A DNA stretch of 42,447 nucleotides, from assembly GCA_947253305.1 (NCBI GenBank), contig CAMXYZ010000001.1, positions 1 through 42,447 on the forward strand, given 5' to 3'. The notes below the pieces were generated by a model. It saw nothing but the letters and a program-made list of their open reading frames with translations. It made no database searches and was not told the origin of the DNA. Each line of letters begins with the position of its first letter. The stretch's first letter is position 1. The stretch comes from an uncultured Helcococcus sp. (lineage in GTDB: Bacteria; Bacillota; Clostridia; Tissierellales; Peptoniphilaceae). Shown one piece after another: positions 8,811 through 18,441 of this stretch. The translations under genes were made by a program, and so were the position numbers.

Positions 8811-10568
8811 GTGGATATTTATGAAAAAATTAGTAGATTAAGAAAATTAATGGATGATAGAGATGTAGATGCATATATAGTTCCTACATCAGATCCTCAT
8901 CAATCAGAATATTTAGCAGATTATTATAAGACCAGAGAATATATTTCCGGATTTACAGGATCTGCAGGTACAGTTGTAGTTACTAGAGACAAGGCTGGAC
9001 TTTGGACAGATGGTAGATATTTTGTGCAAGCAGAGAATGAATTGTCAAATACACCATTTAAGCTATACAGAATGGGAATCGATATAGACTATATTGAATT
9101 TTTAAAAGATGAAGTTACAGAATTTGGGAAAATAGCTGTTGATGGAAAAGTATTGTCACTAGAAAATTATAAAGAATTAAGTGATAAATTAGGAAGAAGA
9201 CTATTAATTACAGATGCAGATTTCATATCAGAAATCTGGAATGATAGACCCAAATTACCTAAATCTGAAGCTTGGATATTTGATGAAGAATATACAGGCC
9301 AATCAGTTCAAGAAAAATTAAAAGTATTAAGATCTATGATGGCTATTAGAGAAGTGGATTATACATTTATAGGAGCCTTAGAAGATATAGCTTATTTATA
9401 TAATTTGAGAGGCGATGATATATTCGCAACCCCTGTATTTTTCTCTTATGCCCTAATAGGAAAAGATGAAGCACATTTATTTGTGGATGATTTTAAGATG
9501 GATGCAGAAGTTAGATCATATTTAAGTGATAATAATATAAAAGTTCACGCATATGATGATGTGCTCAATCATATAAACTCAATAGGTGGAACAAATTCAA
9601 TTTATCTAGATCCTAAGAGAACAAATGTAATGATTTATGAATCAATCAATAAAAATGTAAGAATCATCAGGGGAACAAATCTAACAACTCTTATGAAGGC
9701 TTTAAAAAATGATGTAGAGATTGAAAATATTAAAAAAGCTTTCCATAAGGATGCTATCGCTTTAACTAAATTCTTTAATTGGGTAGAACAAGGAGTTAAA
9801 TCTGGTTCATTGGACGAAGTTTTTGCAGCTAATAAACTTCTAGATTTCAGAAGTGAGCAAGATAATTTTCTTGAGCCAAGCTTTACAACAATATCAGCTT
9901 ATGGAGCAAATGCAGCAATGCCACATTATGATCCAGCGAAAGTGATACCAGCAACTCTACAAAGAAAAGGATTATATCTTGTGGATAGTGGAGCTCAATA
10001 TATTGAAGGAACTACAGATATTACAAGAACTGTGGCACTAGGAGAATTAACAGAAGATGAAAAATATCATTATACACTAGTGTTAAAAGCATTTATCCAA
10101 GGTGTTACAGCTAAATGGAAGAAAGGGTTAACAGGTTCATATATTGATGCAATAGTCAGAAATCCGTTGTATAGGGAAGGATTAGATTTCAATCATGGTA
10201 CAGGACATGGTGTTGGGTTTGTACTTGGAGTGCATGAAGGTCCAATGGTTATCAATAGAATGGACCACAAATTCCCATTACAAAAAGGGATGGTGTTTTC
10301 AATTGAGCCAGGAATCTATATTGAAGGTTCACATGGTATAAGAATTGAGAATATTGTATATGTAAAAGAATCAGAAGAAGAGGGATTCCTAGAAGTTGAA
10401 TCACTAAATTATATCCCACTAGATACAACACCTGTATTGAAATATCTATTAAATGATTTTGAAGTAGATTGGATTAATAATTATAATAAGGAAACTTATA
10501 ATAGATTATCTAAAGAATTAACAGGTTCAGATTTAGAATATCTAGAAAGAATTACAAGAGAAATCTAA
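8811..10568 (+). CDS. Aminopeptidase P family (Xaa-Pro aminopeptidase, M24B)
   Basis: DPHQSEY, SGFTGSAG, WTDGRY, DSGAQYIEGTTDITRT, HGTGHGVG, VHEGP, IEPGIY, GIRIEN; GTG start after an AGGAG RBS. Confidence 0.93.
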   Translation: MDIYEKISRLRKLMDDRDVDAYIVPTSDPHQSEYLADYYKTREYISGFTGSAGTVVVTRDKAGLWTDGRYFVQAENELSNTPFKLYRMGIDIDYIEFLKDEVTEFGKIAVDGKVLSLENYKELSDKLGRRLLITDADFISEIWNDRPKLPKSEAWIFDEEYTGQSVQEKLKVLRSMMAIREVDYTFIGALEDIAYLYNLRGDDIFATPVFFSYALIGKDEAHLFVDDFKMDAEVRSYLSDNNIKVHAYDDVLNHINSIGGTNSIYLDPKRTNVMIYESINKNVRIIRGTNLTTLMKALKNDVEIENIKKAFHKDAIALTKFFNWVEQGVKSGSLDEVFAANKLLDFRSEQDNFLEPSFTTISAYGANAAMPHYDPAKVIPATLQRKGLYLVDSGAQYIEGTTDITRTVALGELTEDEKYHYTLVLKAFIQGVTAKWKKGLTGSYIDAIVRNPLYREGLDFNHGTGHGVGFVLGVHEGPMVINRMDHKFPLQKGMVFSIEPGIYIEGSHGIRIENIVYVKESEEEGFLEVESLNYIPLDTTPVLKYLLNDFEVDWINNYNKETYNRLSKELTGSDLEYLERITREI

Positions 10569-12406
10569 TGAAAAACTTAGAATATGAACTGTCTAGATTA
10601 CCGGATTTGCCTGGTGTATATCTAATGAAAGATAAAAATGACGAGATAATCTATGTTGGAAAAGCCAAAAATCTTAAAAATAGAGTTAGATCATATTTTA
10701 GAAATGAAAAATCAAAATCTCTAAAGGTTATAAAAATGGTCGATAAAATAGATCATTTTGAATTTATAATAGTTGAAAATGAAGTTGAGGCATTAATATT
10801 AGAATCTAATTTTATAAAAGAACATAGACCTCATTATAATATTTTACTTAGAGATGATAAGCAATACCCATATATAATGTTGACGGATGAAGAATTTCCG
10901 AGACTTGAAAAAGTCAGACAAGTTAAACAGGATGGAAATGAGTATTTTGGACCATATCCAAATGCATATGCAGTAAATGATGTTATTAGATTATTACAAA
11001 ATACATTTAGACTAAGACTTAAGAAGAATGAAGTATCGTCAAGCCTTAAAAGACCATCATTAAAACAATTCATGTATCAGTATAAAGATCCAAATTATGA
11101 TTATAATGATGTTGATCAATATAATGAGAATGTAGAAAAAGTTCGCTCATTCTTAAAGGGGAATACAAAAGAATTGACAGATAAATTGGAAGAAAAAATG
11201 CTTGATTTTTCAGAAAATCTTGAATTTGAAAAGGCCATACAATATCGTGACCATATTAATAATATTAATGAATTGATGGAAAGACAGAAGGTTACATCTA
11301 TTAATGCTAAAGATTTGGATATTGTTTCTTTAGCAAAAAAGAGAGGATATGTAACAATTCAAGTATTCTTTTTAAGAAATGGGAAAATTGTAGATAGAGA
11401 ACATTTCGTTGTAAAAGATGAATTTGGTGATACGGATTCAGAAATCATATCTTCATTTATGAAGCAATTTTATTTAGATATGACCTATATTCCAAATCAA
11501 ATAGTGCTTATTGCAATGCCTGAAGATTCGGATGTTATAAAAACTGCATTAAGTAAGAAAAGGGGAAGAAAAGTTGAGCTTATAGTTCCTCAAAGAGGGG
11601 AGAAGCGAGCATTCTTACAACTAGCAACTGAAAATGCAGAAAAGATGATGGATGATTATCTAAAGAAACTTGATAATAGAGAAAAGAATAAAAATCTAGG
11701 ACTAAAGAGATTAGAAAAAACATTGAATATATCACCATTAGAAAGAATTGAAATATATGATATTTCAAATATATCTGGTGTAGATTCGGTTGGATCAATG
11801 GTTGTATATGAAAATGGGAAGAAACAAAGAAAAGACTATAGAAAATTTAAAATTAAAACTGTTGAAGGTCCTGATGATTACTCATCTATAAGGGAAGTAT
11901 TAGATAGAAGATTTAAGAGATATTTTGAAGATAATGAAAATACGAGTTTTGGTAAAAAGCCAGATCTTTTAATTATGGATGGTGGTAAAGGTCAAGTAAA
12001 TATTGCAAAAGAAGTGCTTAAAAAATATGATTTAGATATCGAAACTATAGGGCTTGTAAAAGATTCAAAACATATGACTAGAGGAATAATTCTAAATAAT
12101 GAGGAAATTATACTCGATAGAGATACTGCAATCTATAGATTTTTATATGAGATGCAAGAAGAGGTTCATAGATTTGCAATTAATTATCATAATACTCTAC
12201 GGAGAAAAAATTTGCTTGAGTCAGAGCTTATTAAGGTTCCGGGACTTGGTAAGAAAAGAATACAATCATTATTGAAGCATTTTGGTTCTATGAAGAAAAT
12301 AGAGGAAGCTAGTAAAGAAGAATTGCTAGAATGTGATTTAATATCAGAAAAGATAGCGGATAATATTATAAATTATTTTAAGGAGAGAACTGATGAAAGG
12401 CGTTAA
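10568..12406 (+). CDS. uvrC: Excinuclease ABC subunit C
   Basis: GIY-YIG (PGVY...YVGKAKNL), UVR domain (LEFEKA), RNase H-like domain (YDISN, DDY, DGGKGQ, HRFA), HhH. The Cys-rich motif is absent (see findings). Confidence 0.96.
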   Translation: MKNLEYELSRLPDLPGVYLMKDKNDEIIYVGKAKNLKNRVRSYFRNEKSKSLKVIKMVDKIDHFEFIIVENEVEALILESNFIKEHRPHYNILLRDDKQYPYIMLTDEEFPRLEKVRQVKQDGNEYFGPYPNAYAVNDVIRLLQNTFRLRLKKNEVSSSLKRPSLKQFMYQYKDPNYDYNDVDQYNENVEKVRSFLKGNTKELTDKLEEKMLDFSENLEFEKAIQYRDHINNINELMERQKVTSINAKDLDIVSLAKKRGYVTIQVFFLRNGKIVDREHFVVKDEFGDTDSEIISSFMKQFYLDMTYIPNQIVLIAMPEDSDVIKTALSKKRGRKVELIVPQRGEKRAFLQLATENAEKMMDDYLKKLDNREKNKNLGLKRLEKTLNISPLERIEIYDISNISGVDSVGSMVVYENGKKQRKDYRKFKIKTVEGPDDYSSIREVLDRRFKRYFEDNENTSFGKKPDLLIMDGGKGQVNIAKEVLKKYDLDIETIGLVKDSKHMTRGIILNNEEIILDRDTAIYRFLYEMQEEVHRFAINYHNTLRRKNLLESELIKVPGLGKKRIQSLLKHFGSMKKIEEASKEELLECDLISEKIADNIINYFKERTDERR

Positions 12407-13352
12407 ATTATCAAAATTAGTTGAAGAACTAAATTTAGAAATAATAATGGCTTCTACCGATTATGATGAAATTGAAATAAATAATAAACATGTAAATAGA
12501 CCAGGTATTCAGTTGTCAGGATTTATGGAGGAATATCCATATAAGAGAATTCAAATAATAGGAAATGTTGAGTATCATTTTTACATGCAGATGGATCCTG
12601 AATTAAGATATGAGAGATTTAGAGGTATATTAACTCAAGAAATTCCTTGCTTAATATTTTCATATGATAGAGAGGTAACACAAGACATTATAGATTTAGC
12701 GAGATACTATAATAGAACTGTCCTGATTTCTTCTTATCCAACAACTAGATTAATAAGTAAATTGAGTATGTTTTTAGAAAAAAATCTAGCAGATGAAATT
12801 ACGATTCACGGTGGACTACTAGAAGTATTTGGTGTTGGTGTACTAATAAAAGGTCAATCATCTGTTGGAAAATCAGAAACAGCATTAGATTTAATTACTA
12901 AAGGTCATAGATTGATAGCTGATGATGTTGTAGATATCAAAAAAATAGATGATGTCCTACATGGTTCATGTCCAGAAAATATTAGACATTTTATGGAAAT
13001 TAGAGGTCTTGGAATACTCGATATAAGAAAATTATATGGTGTAGGTTCTATAAAATCCGAAAATGCCATTGATTTAGTTATTGAATTGGAAAACTGGGAT
13101 GATAGTAAGGAATATGATAGACTAGGGCTCGACGATTATTATGATGAAATACTTGGTGTAAAAGTTTCTAAATTAATGGTTCCAGTAAAACCGGGTAGAA
13201 ATATCGCTATGGTTATAGAAGTTGCAGTAAGAAATTTAAGACAAAAGAACTTGGGATTTAATTCAGCTAAATATTTATCTCATAAATTATTTAATGAAAT
13301 GAATCCTGGAATTGAAAAAAGTGAATATATAGATCATTATGAAAATGATTAA
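12393..13352 (+). CDS. hprK: HPr(Ser) kinase/phosphorylase
   Basis: NRPGIQLSG, Walker A GQSSVGKSE, GHRLIADD, MEIRGLGI, YDRLG, PVKPGRN. Confidence 0.96.
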   Translation: MKGVKLSKLVEELNLEIIMASTDYDEIEINNKHVNRPGIQLSGFMEEYPYKRIQIIGNVEYHFYMQMDPELRYERFRGILTQEIPCLIFSYDREVTQDIIDLARYYNRTVLISSYPTTRLISKLSMFLEKNLADEITIHGGLLEVFGVGVLIKGQSSVGKSETALDLITKGHRLIADDVVDIKKIDDVLHGSCPENIRHFMEIRGLGILDIRKLYGVGSIKSENAIDLVIELENWDDSKEYDRLGLDDYYDEILGVKVSKLMVPVKPGRNIAMVIEVAVRNLRQKNLGFNSAKYLSHKLFNEMNPGIEKSEYIDHYEND

Positions 13353-13373
13353 AAGTGGTTTAGAATATAAATC

Positions 13374-13406
13374 AAGCCCCTCAATCCAAAATGTGGTGAG
13401 GGGCTT
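13374..13406. terminator. Probable terminator hairpin between convergent hprK and murJ
   Basis: 10-bp stem AAGCCCCTCA/TGAGGGGCTT. Confidence 0.7.
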
Positions 13407-13418
13407 CTTGTTGAATTC

Positions 13419-14939
13419 TTATTTATTCTTAAACTTTTTATATAACATATTAATTATTTGTTTTAGATGATCAACTTTAAGCATCACGATTACTATTAAG
13501 TAGACTATTATTGAAAGAATAATAGAGATTAATAAACCGATTAAATAATTATATTGTGCAAAATAATTATAACTAAAGTAAGTCACTATTCCCATGATTG
13601 AGCTTGCAATCATGACCTTTATCACACTAGTTATAAATATTTTTAAATGCATTTGACCATATTTCCATCTGAAAAATACTAATGATGCAATCCCACCAAT
13701 AGTTGTTGAAATTGTGGTTGCCAGTGCAAGTCCATTTAATCCCATAATTCCTGATAATATATAGTTTAGAAAAATGTTTAATGCAACTTGTACTAATGTA
13801 ATTGCTATTGGAATCTTAGTATTTTGTAAAGAGTAAAATCCTCTAGTAAATATTTGATTTATTGTTTGTCCAAGTAATGTTGGTATATAGAAGAATAATA
13901 CTCCTGATGTTAATTTTGTAGATTCTACTGTAAAACTTCCTCTTTCAAATATTAACTTAACTAATGGTTCTGACAGTATCATAACTCCAACCATAGCTGG
14001 TACTATCAATATGAATGAGAATATATTTCCATCCATCAATGTCTTTTTAACTTCTGATATATGTCCTAGAGAAGCCTGTTTTGAGATAATTGGATAGATT
14101 ACAGTTGTTATCGAAACAACTATTATACCACTTATTAGGGATAGTAATAATGCTGAATTTCTCATTATAGTAACTCCGCCATGCTCAATTAATTGAGAAG
14201 CAAAAGTTTGATCGGAAATTGTTGACACATCAACTGCAGCAATTGAAATTATTATTGGTATTGTTATTTTTAATAAATCTTGTATATATTCATCCTTAAA
14301 ATTGATATACCAAGTATGCTTGTATCCAGCTTTTCTTATTTCTTTTGGAAATAGTAAATATTTTAAATATTCTGATAAAAAAATTCCTATTGCAATTATA
14401 TAGATATTATCAAAATACGCTGCAACTATAATTGTTGTAATATAAAAGAAATTCATAACTATACCCGGAGATTCTGCAATTAAAAATTTATTTTTAATTT
14501 GCAAAAATCCTATAAATACAGAAGATAGTACTATTCCATATAGTGAAAATGAAAGCACCCTTGTAAAAATTATGGTTATATCTCTTTTTACCCCTTCATA
14601 TCCCGATGCAAATAAAGTAACGAGAGAAGGTGTAATTATAAATATTATAAATATTACGACAGTTGCAACTATAAGTAATATATTAATAAGATTTGAAGTA
14701 AATAGATTTGCTTCTTCTTCGCCTTTTTCGGTATCTATCTTATTATATATAGGAATAAACCCTGCTATAACACTTGCTGTTATAAAACTAAAAATAGTTA
14801 CGGGAATATTTAATGATGTAATATAAATATCATGTGCCATTCCTGTACCTAAATAGTATGCAAATACCTGTTCTCTTATTAATCCTGTAAGTTTTGAAAT
14901 TAATGTAATTATCATTAATGTAATTGTAGCTGTACCCAT
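13419..14939 (-). CDS. murJ: Lipid II flippase MurJ (MviN)
   Basis: About 14 hydrophobic segments; SKLTGLIRE, FIPIY, IFERGSF, RGFYSLQNTKIP, GLALAT. Confidence 0.88.
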   Translation of the reverse strand: MGTATITLMIITLISKLTGLIREQVFAYYLGTGMAHDIYITSLNIPVTIFSFITASVIAGFIPIYNKIDTEKGEEEANLFTSNLINILLIVATVVIFIIFIITPSLVTLFASGYEGVKRDITIIFTRVLSFSLYGIVLSSVFIGFLQIKNKFLIAESPGIVMNFFYITTIIVAAYFDNIYIIAIGIFLSEYLKYLLFPKEIRKAGYKHTWYINFKDEYIQDLLKITIPIIISIAAVDVSTISDQTFASQLIEHGGVTIMRNSALLLSLISGIIVVSITTVIYPIISKQASLGHISEVKKTLMDGNIFSFILIVPAMVGVMILSEPLVKLIFERGSFTVESTKLTSGVLFFYIPTLLGQTINQIFTRGFYSLQNTKIPIAITLVQVALNIFLNYILSGIMGLNGLALATTISTTIGGIASLVFFRWKYGQMHLKIFITSVIKVMIASSIMGIVTYFSYNYFAQYNYLIGLLISIILSIIVYLIVIVMLKVDHLKQIINMLYKKFKNK

Positions 14940-15037
14940 ATTTTTCCTCGCTTAATATAAAAATTATACCATATTATTATGAAAAATCAGCCTTATATAT
15001 TAAAATAAATATAGGAATATTGTAGAAAGAGGATATT

Positions 15038-15415
15038 ATGGAATATAATATAGACATTGTTAAAGAGCTTTTGGATGAAATAATTGATGATATAGACACT
15101 AGACTATTTGAAGGCTTAAATGGTGGAGTAGTATTGCATGAAGATATAAAATATCATCCAGAATCTATAAACAATGATTTAGTAATACTTGGCGAATATC
15201 AAAGACATGGTGTAATGAGAAGAATAAATATATATTATGGTTCAATAGTAAAAATATATCCTCATTATAATATTGATCAAATTAAGGAGAGACTTAAGGA
15301 TTTAGTTGACCACGAATTAAGACATCATGTTGAGTATAAGGCTGGAGTTAATGATTTGGTAATTGAGGATTACGAGTATATAGAAGAATATAAAAGAAAT
15401 AGAGATAATAGATAA
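15038..15415 (+). CDS. Small zincin-like metallopeptidase family protein
   Basis: 125 aa; LGEY, IYYGS and HExxH (HELRH) followed by E; GAGG RBS. Confidence 0.7.
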   Translation: MEYNIDIVKELLDEIIDDIDTRLFEGLNGGVVLHEDIKYHPESINNDLVILGEYQRHGVMRRINIYYGSIVKIYPHYNIDQIKERLKDLVDHELRHHVEYKAGVNDLVIEDYEYIEEYKRNRDNR

Positions 15416-15424
15416 GAGGGAATT

Positions 15425-16867
15425 ATGAATGGATTAATATTGCAAGGTTTTGAATGGTATCTTATAGATGATGGTAATCACTATAATTATATAAAAGAAA
15501 ATTTAGACTATTTGAAATCTTTAGGATTTACAGCTATATGGCTACCGCCGGCTACAAAAGCTACAGGTACAAATGATGTAGGTTATGGAATATACGATTT
15601 ATATGATTTAGGAGAGTTCGATCAAAAAGGTAGTGTAAGAACAAAATATGGAACTAAGGAAGAATTAATATCTTTAATAGATGAGGCTAAGTCGAAAGGG
15701 ATAGCTATATATGCAGACTTTGTTATGAATCATAAAGCCGGAGCTGACGAAGTAGAATTATTTAAGGCTATAAAAGTTAATCCCGATAATAGACTAGAGG
15801 AAATAGGAGAACCAAGGGATATCGAAGGATGGACTAAATTTTACTTTCCAGGAAGACAAGGCAAATATAGCGATTTTAAATGGAACTTCAATCATTTTAC
15901 TGCAGTTGATTTTGATAATAAAACTGGTGAAACGGGAATATTTAGGATAATCGGAGATAATAAAGGCTGGTCTTGGTCGGTATCAGGTGAAAAAGGTAAT
16001 TTTGATTATCTAATGTTTGCGGATATAGACACAAGTCACCCAGATGTTAGAGAAGAATTATTTAGATGGGGAAAATGGTTTATTGAAGAAACTAAAATCT
16101 CAGGCATTAGATATGATGCTCTAAAGCATTTAGATGCAGAATTTATCAATGAATTTACTCAATATATATTAAATGAAGTAGATGAGAACTTCTATTTTGT
16201 TGGAGAATATTGGGAAAATAATTTAGATGACTTACTAAAATATTTAGGAGTGACTTCATCTAATATTGCACTGTTCGATGTGCCTTTACATTTCCAATTA
16301 TATGAAGCTAGTATGCGAGGCGACAGTTTCGATTTGAGAACTATATTTGATAATTCTTTAGAAGGACAGAGAAAGTTTGAATCAGTAACATTTGTAGACA
16401 ATCATGATTCACAAAAAGGACAATCTTTACAATCATGGGTTGATGATTGGTTTAGACAAATTGCCTATGCCATAGTTTTACTAAGAAAAGATGGTTATCC
16501 ATGTGTGTTCTGGGGAGATCTTTTCCAAATCGGTGACGGTAGTCAATATGGGGGGATGAAAGACCAACTAATTCCACTTCTAGAATTAAGAAGAGACTAT
16601 GCATATGGTGAGCAAGAATATTATTTACAATCAAAAAATGCAATAGGTTTTGTTAGATATGGAAATGAAGAACATCCTGGAAAATTAGCGGTAACAATAA
16701 GTAATCATACAGAAGATACTATAAGAATGTTCGTAGGAGAAGATCAAGCTGGAAAACTTTATAAAGATAAATTAGGTAATAATCAAGCTGAAATAATAAT
16801 TGATGATGAAGGATATGGAGATTTCCAAGTATCCCCAGGTAGTGTATCTGTTTGGATTAATATCTAA
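15425..16867 (+). CDS. Cytoplasmic alpha-amylase (GH13_5, AmyA-like)
   Basis: LQGFEWY, DVGYGIYDLYDLGEFDQKG; catalytic RYDALKH, VGEYW, FVDNHD; no signal peptide. Confidence 0.94.
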   Translation: MNGLILQGFEWYLIDDGNHYNYIKENLDYLKSLGFTAIWLPPATKATGTNDVGYGIYDLYDLGEFDQKGSVRTKYGTKEELISLIDEAKSKGIAIYADFVMNHKAGADEVELFKAIKVNPDNRLEEIGEPRDIEGWTKFYFPGRQGKYSDFKWNFNHFTAVDFDNKTGETGIFRIIGDNKGWSWSVSGEKGNFDYLMFADIDTSHPDVREELFRWGKWFIEETKISGIRYDALKHLDAEFINEFTQYILNEVDENFYFVGEYWENNLDDLLKYLGVTSSNIALFDVPLHFQLYEASMRGDSFDLRTIFDNSLEGQRKFESVTFVDNHDSQKGQSLQSWVDDWFRQIAYAIVLLRKDGYPCVFWGDLFQIGDGSQYGGMKDQLIPLLELRRDYAYGEQEYYLQSKNAIGFVRYGNEEHPGKLAVTISNHTEDTIRMFVGEDQAGKLYKDKLGNNQAEIIIDDEGYGDFQVSPGSVSVWINI

Positions 16868-16868
16868 T

Positions 16869-16897
16869 TTGTAATAAAACACTATTAGTGTTATAAT
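16869..16897 (+). promoter_or_regulatory. Sigma-A promoter of the FMN riboswitch leader
   Basis: TTGTAA-17bp-TATAAT with extended -10 TG, ending about 8 nt before the aptamer. Confidence 0.75.
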
Positions 16898-16904
16898 ATA
16901 TACA

Positions 16905-17010
16905 AATCTTCAGGGCAGGGTGTGATTCCCTACCGGCGGTAAAGTCCGCGAGCGAAAGCAGAATCGGTGTAATTCCGATACCGACAGTATAGTCTGGATG
17001 GAAGAAGATA
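16905..17010 (+). ncRNA. FMN riboswitch (RFN element)
   Basis: ATCTTCAGGGCAGGGTGTGATTCCCTACCGGCGGT...CCGACAGTATAGTCTGGATGGAAGAAGAT matches the RFN consensus; lies upstream of ribU. Confidence 0.97.
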
Positions 17011-17054
17011 ATATATAATTGGTGCTATTTATGTACCATGATATGTATAATCAC

Positions 17055-17088
17055 ATGCCCCGAATGATTTGGGGCATATTTATTTTTT
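17055..17088 (+). terminator. FMN riboswitch expression-platform terminator
   Basis: ATGCCCCGAA/TTTGGGGCAT stem plus U-rich tract; its 5' arm (17049-17060) can alternatively pair with aptamer 16913-16927 (antiterminator). Confidence 0.85.
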
Positions 17089-17124
17089 AAATAAAAGCCT
17101 CGAAATATATTTAGGGAGGATTTT

Positions 17125-17727
17125 ATGGAATTAACAAAAAAGGAAAAAGTTGTGAATGTTTCAAAACTTGTAAAGATATCAATGTTGTCAGCTGCGGCGG
17201 GAGTGTTAGCGCTATTTAAGTTTCCAATACCAATTGCACCACCATTCATGACAGTGGATTTTGGAGATGTAGCAACACTGATAAGTGGATTTGCATTAGG
17301 ACCAATATCAGGAATAATAACCGTAGTGATGAAAAATATTATAAATCTATTTTTAAATGGAACAACAACAGCTTATGTTGGTGAATTATCCAATACAATT
17401 GTAGGTTGCGTATTTGTAGGTTCTGCTTCATTTATTTACAGCTACAAAAAAACTAAGAAGAGAGCAGCTATAGGATTAATCGTAGGTGTAATCTTAATGA
17501 CATTGGTAGCAACATTATCAAACTATTATGTGATATTTCCACTTTATGCAAAAGCAATGGGGATTGAGTTGATAGAATTTACAAAGATGATGCCACCAAA
17601 TAATTATATACATAGTTTTTTAGATTTAATACTATTTGCTATAGTGCCATTTAATTTAGTTAAAGGTACACTAAATGCTCTGGTTACATTATTAATTTAT
17701 AAGAAAATTTCACAATTATTAAAATAA
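17125..17727 (+). CDS. ribU: ECF transporter S component, riboflavin-specific
   Basis: FPIPIAPPFMTVDFGDV, FALGP, VGELSN, PFNLVKG; about 6 TM segments; under an FMN riboswitch. Confidence 0.9.
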   Translation: MELTKKEKVVNVSKLVKISMLSAAAGVLALFKFPIPIAPPFMTVDFGDVATLISGFALGPISGIITVVMKNIINLFLNGTTTAYVGELSNTIVGCVFVGSASFIYSYKKTKKRAAIGLIVGVILMTLVATLSNYYVIFPLYAKAMGIELIEFTKMMPPNNYIHSFLDLILFAIVPFNLVKGTLNALVTLLIYKKISQLLK

Positions 17728-17739
17728 TATAAGGAAGAT

Positions 17740-18438
17740 ATGAGAATAGATAAGTATTTATCTAATATGGGCGTTGGTTCTAGAAAAGAAGTCGAAGAAT
17801 ATATAAAACAAGGTTTAATACTTGTTAATGACAAAGTAATTGATAAGCCAACTTTCAAGGTAGATGAAGAAAAAGATACAATTAAATATAAAGATGAGGA
17901 GATAATTTATAAAAAATACATTTATATTATGATGAATAAACCTCAAGGCGTAATCTCAGCTACAAAAGACTATAATGAAACAGTTATAGATTTATTGGAT
18001 AAAAAATATCATAATAAGGGAGTTTTTCCAGCTGGAAGACTCGACAAAGATACAGAAGGGCTTCTATTATTAACTAATGATGGAAGACTTGCTCACGAAT
18101 TATTATCTCCAAAGAAAAATGTATTTAAAAAATACTATGCAAAAGTTGATTCTAAACTAGAAAAAGATGATATAATAAAATTTAAGAATGGTATATTTCT
18201 AACTGAAGAGAACTATTTAACATTACCAGCAAAACTTGAAATAATATCTGATTATGAATGTTATGTCTATATACAAGAAGGTAAATATCATCAAGTTAAG
18301 CGTATGTTAAGAGACTGCGGTAGGGAAGTTATATATCTAAAAAGATTATCAATTGGGGATTTAGAATTAGATGAAAATTTAAAACTAGGTCAATATAGAG
18401 AATTGACAGAGAAAGAATTAGATTCATTAAAGGAATAA
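17740..18438 (+). CDS. rsuA: rRNA pseudouridine synthase, RsuA family
   Basis: S4-like MRIDKYL, MNKPQG, catalytic GRLDKDTEGLLL, EGKYHQVKRM. Confidence 0.88.
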   Translation: MRIDKYLSNMGVGSRKEVEEYIKQGLILVNDKVIDKPTFKVDEEKDTIKYKDEEIIYKKYIYIMMNKPQGVISATKDYNETVIDLLDKKYHNKGVFPAGRLDKDTEGLLLLTNDGRLAHELLSPKKNVFKKYYAKVDSKLEKDDIIKFKNGIFLTEENYLTLPAKLEIISDYECYVYIQEGKYHQVKRMLRDCGREVIYLKRLSIGDLELDENLKLGQYRELTEKELDSLKE

Positions 18439-18441
18439 ATT

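Noticed and set aside
17025..17249. 74-aa minus-strand ORF over the riboswitch terminator and ribU start
   Set aside because: Antisense to ribU and its leader; no supporting features.
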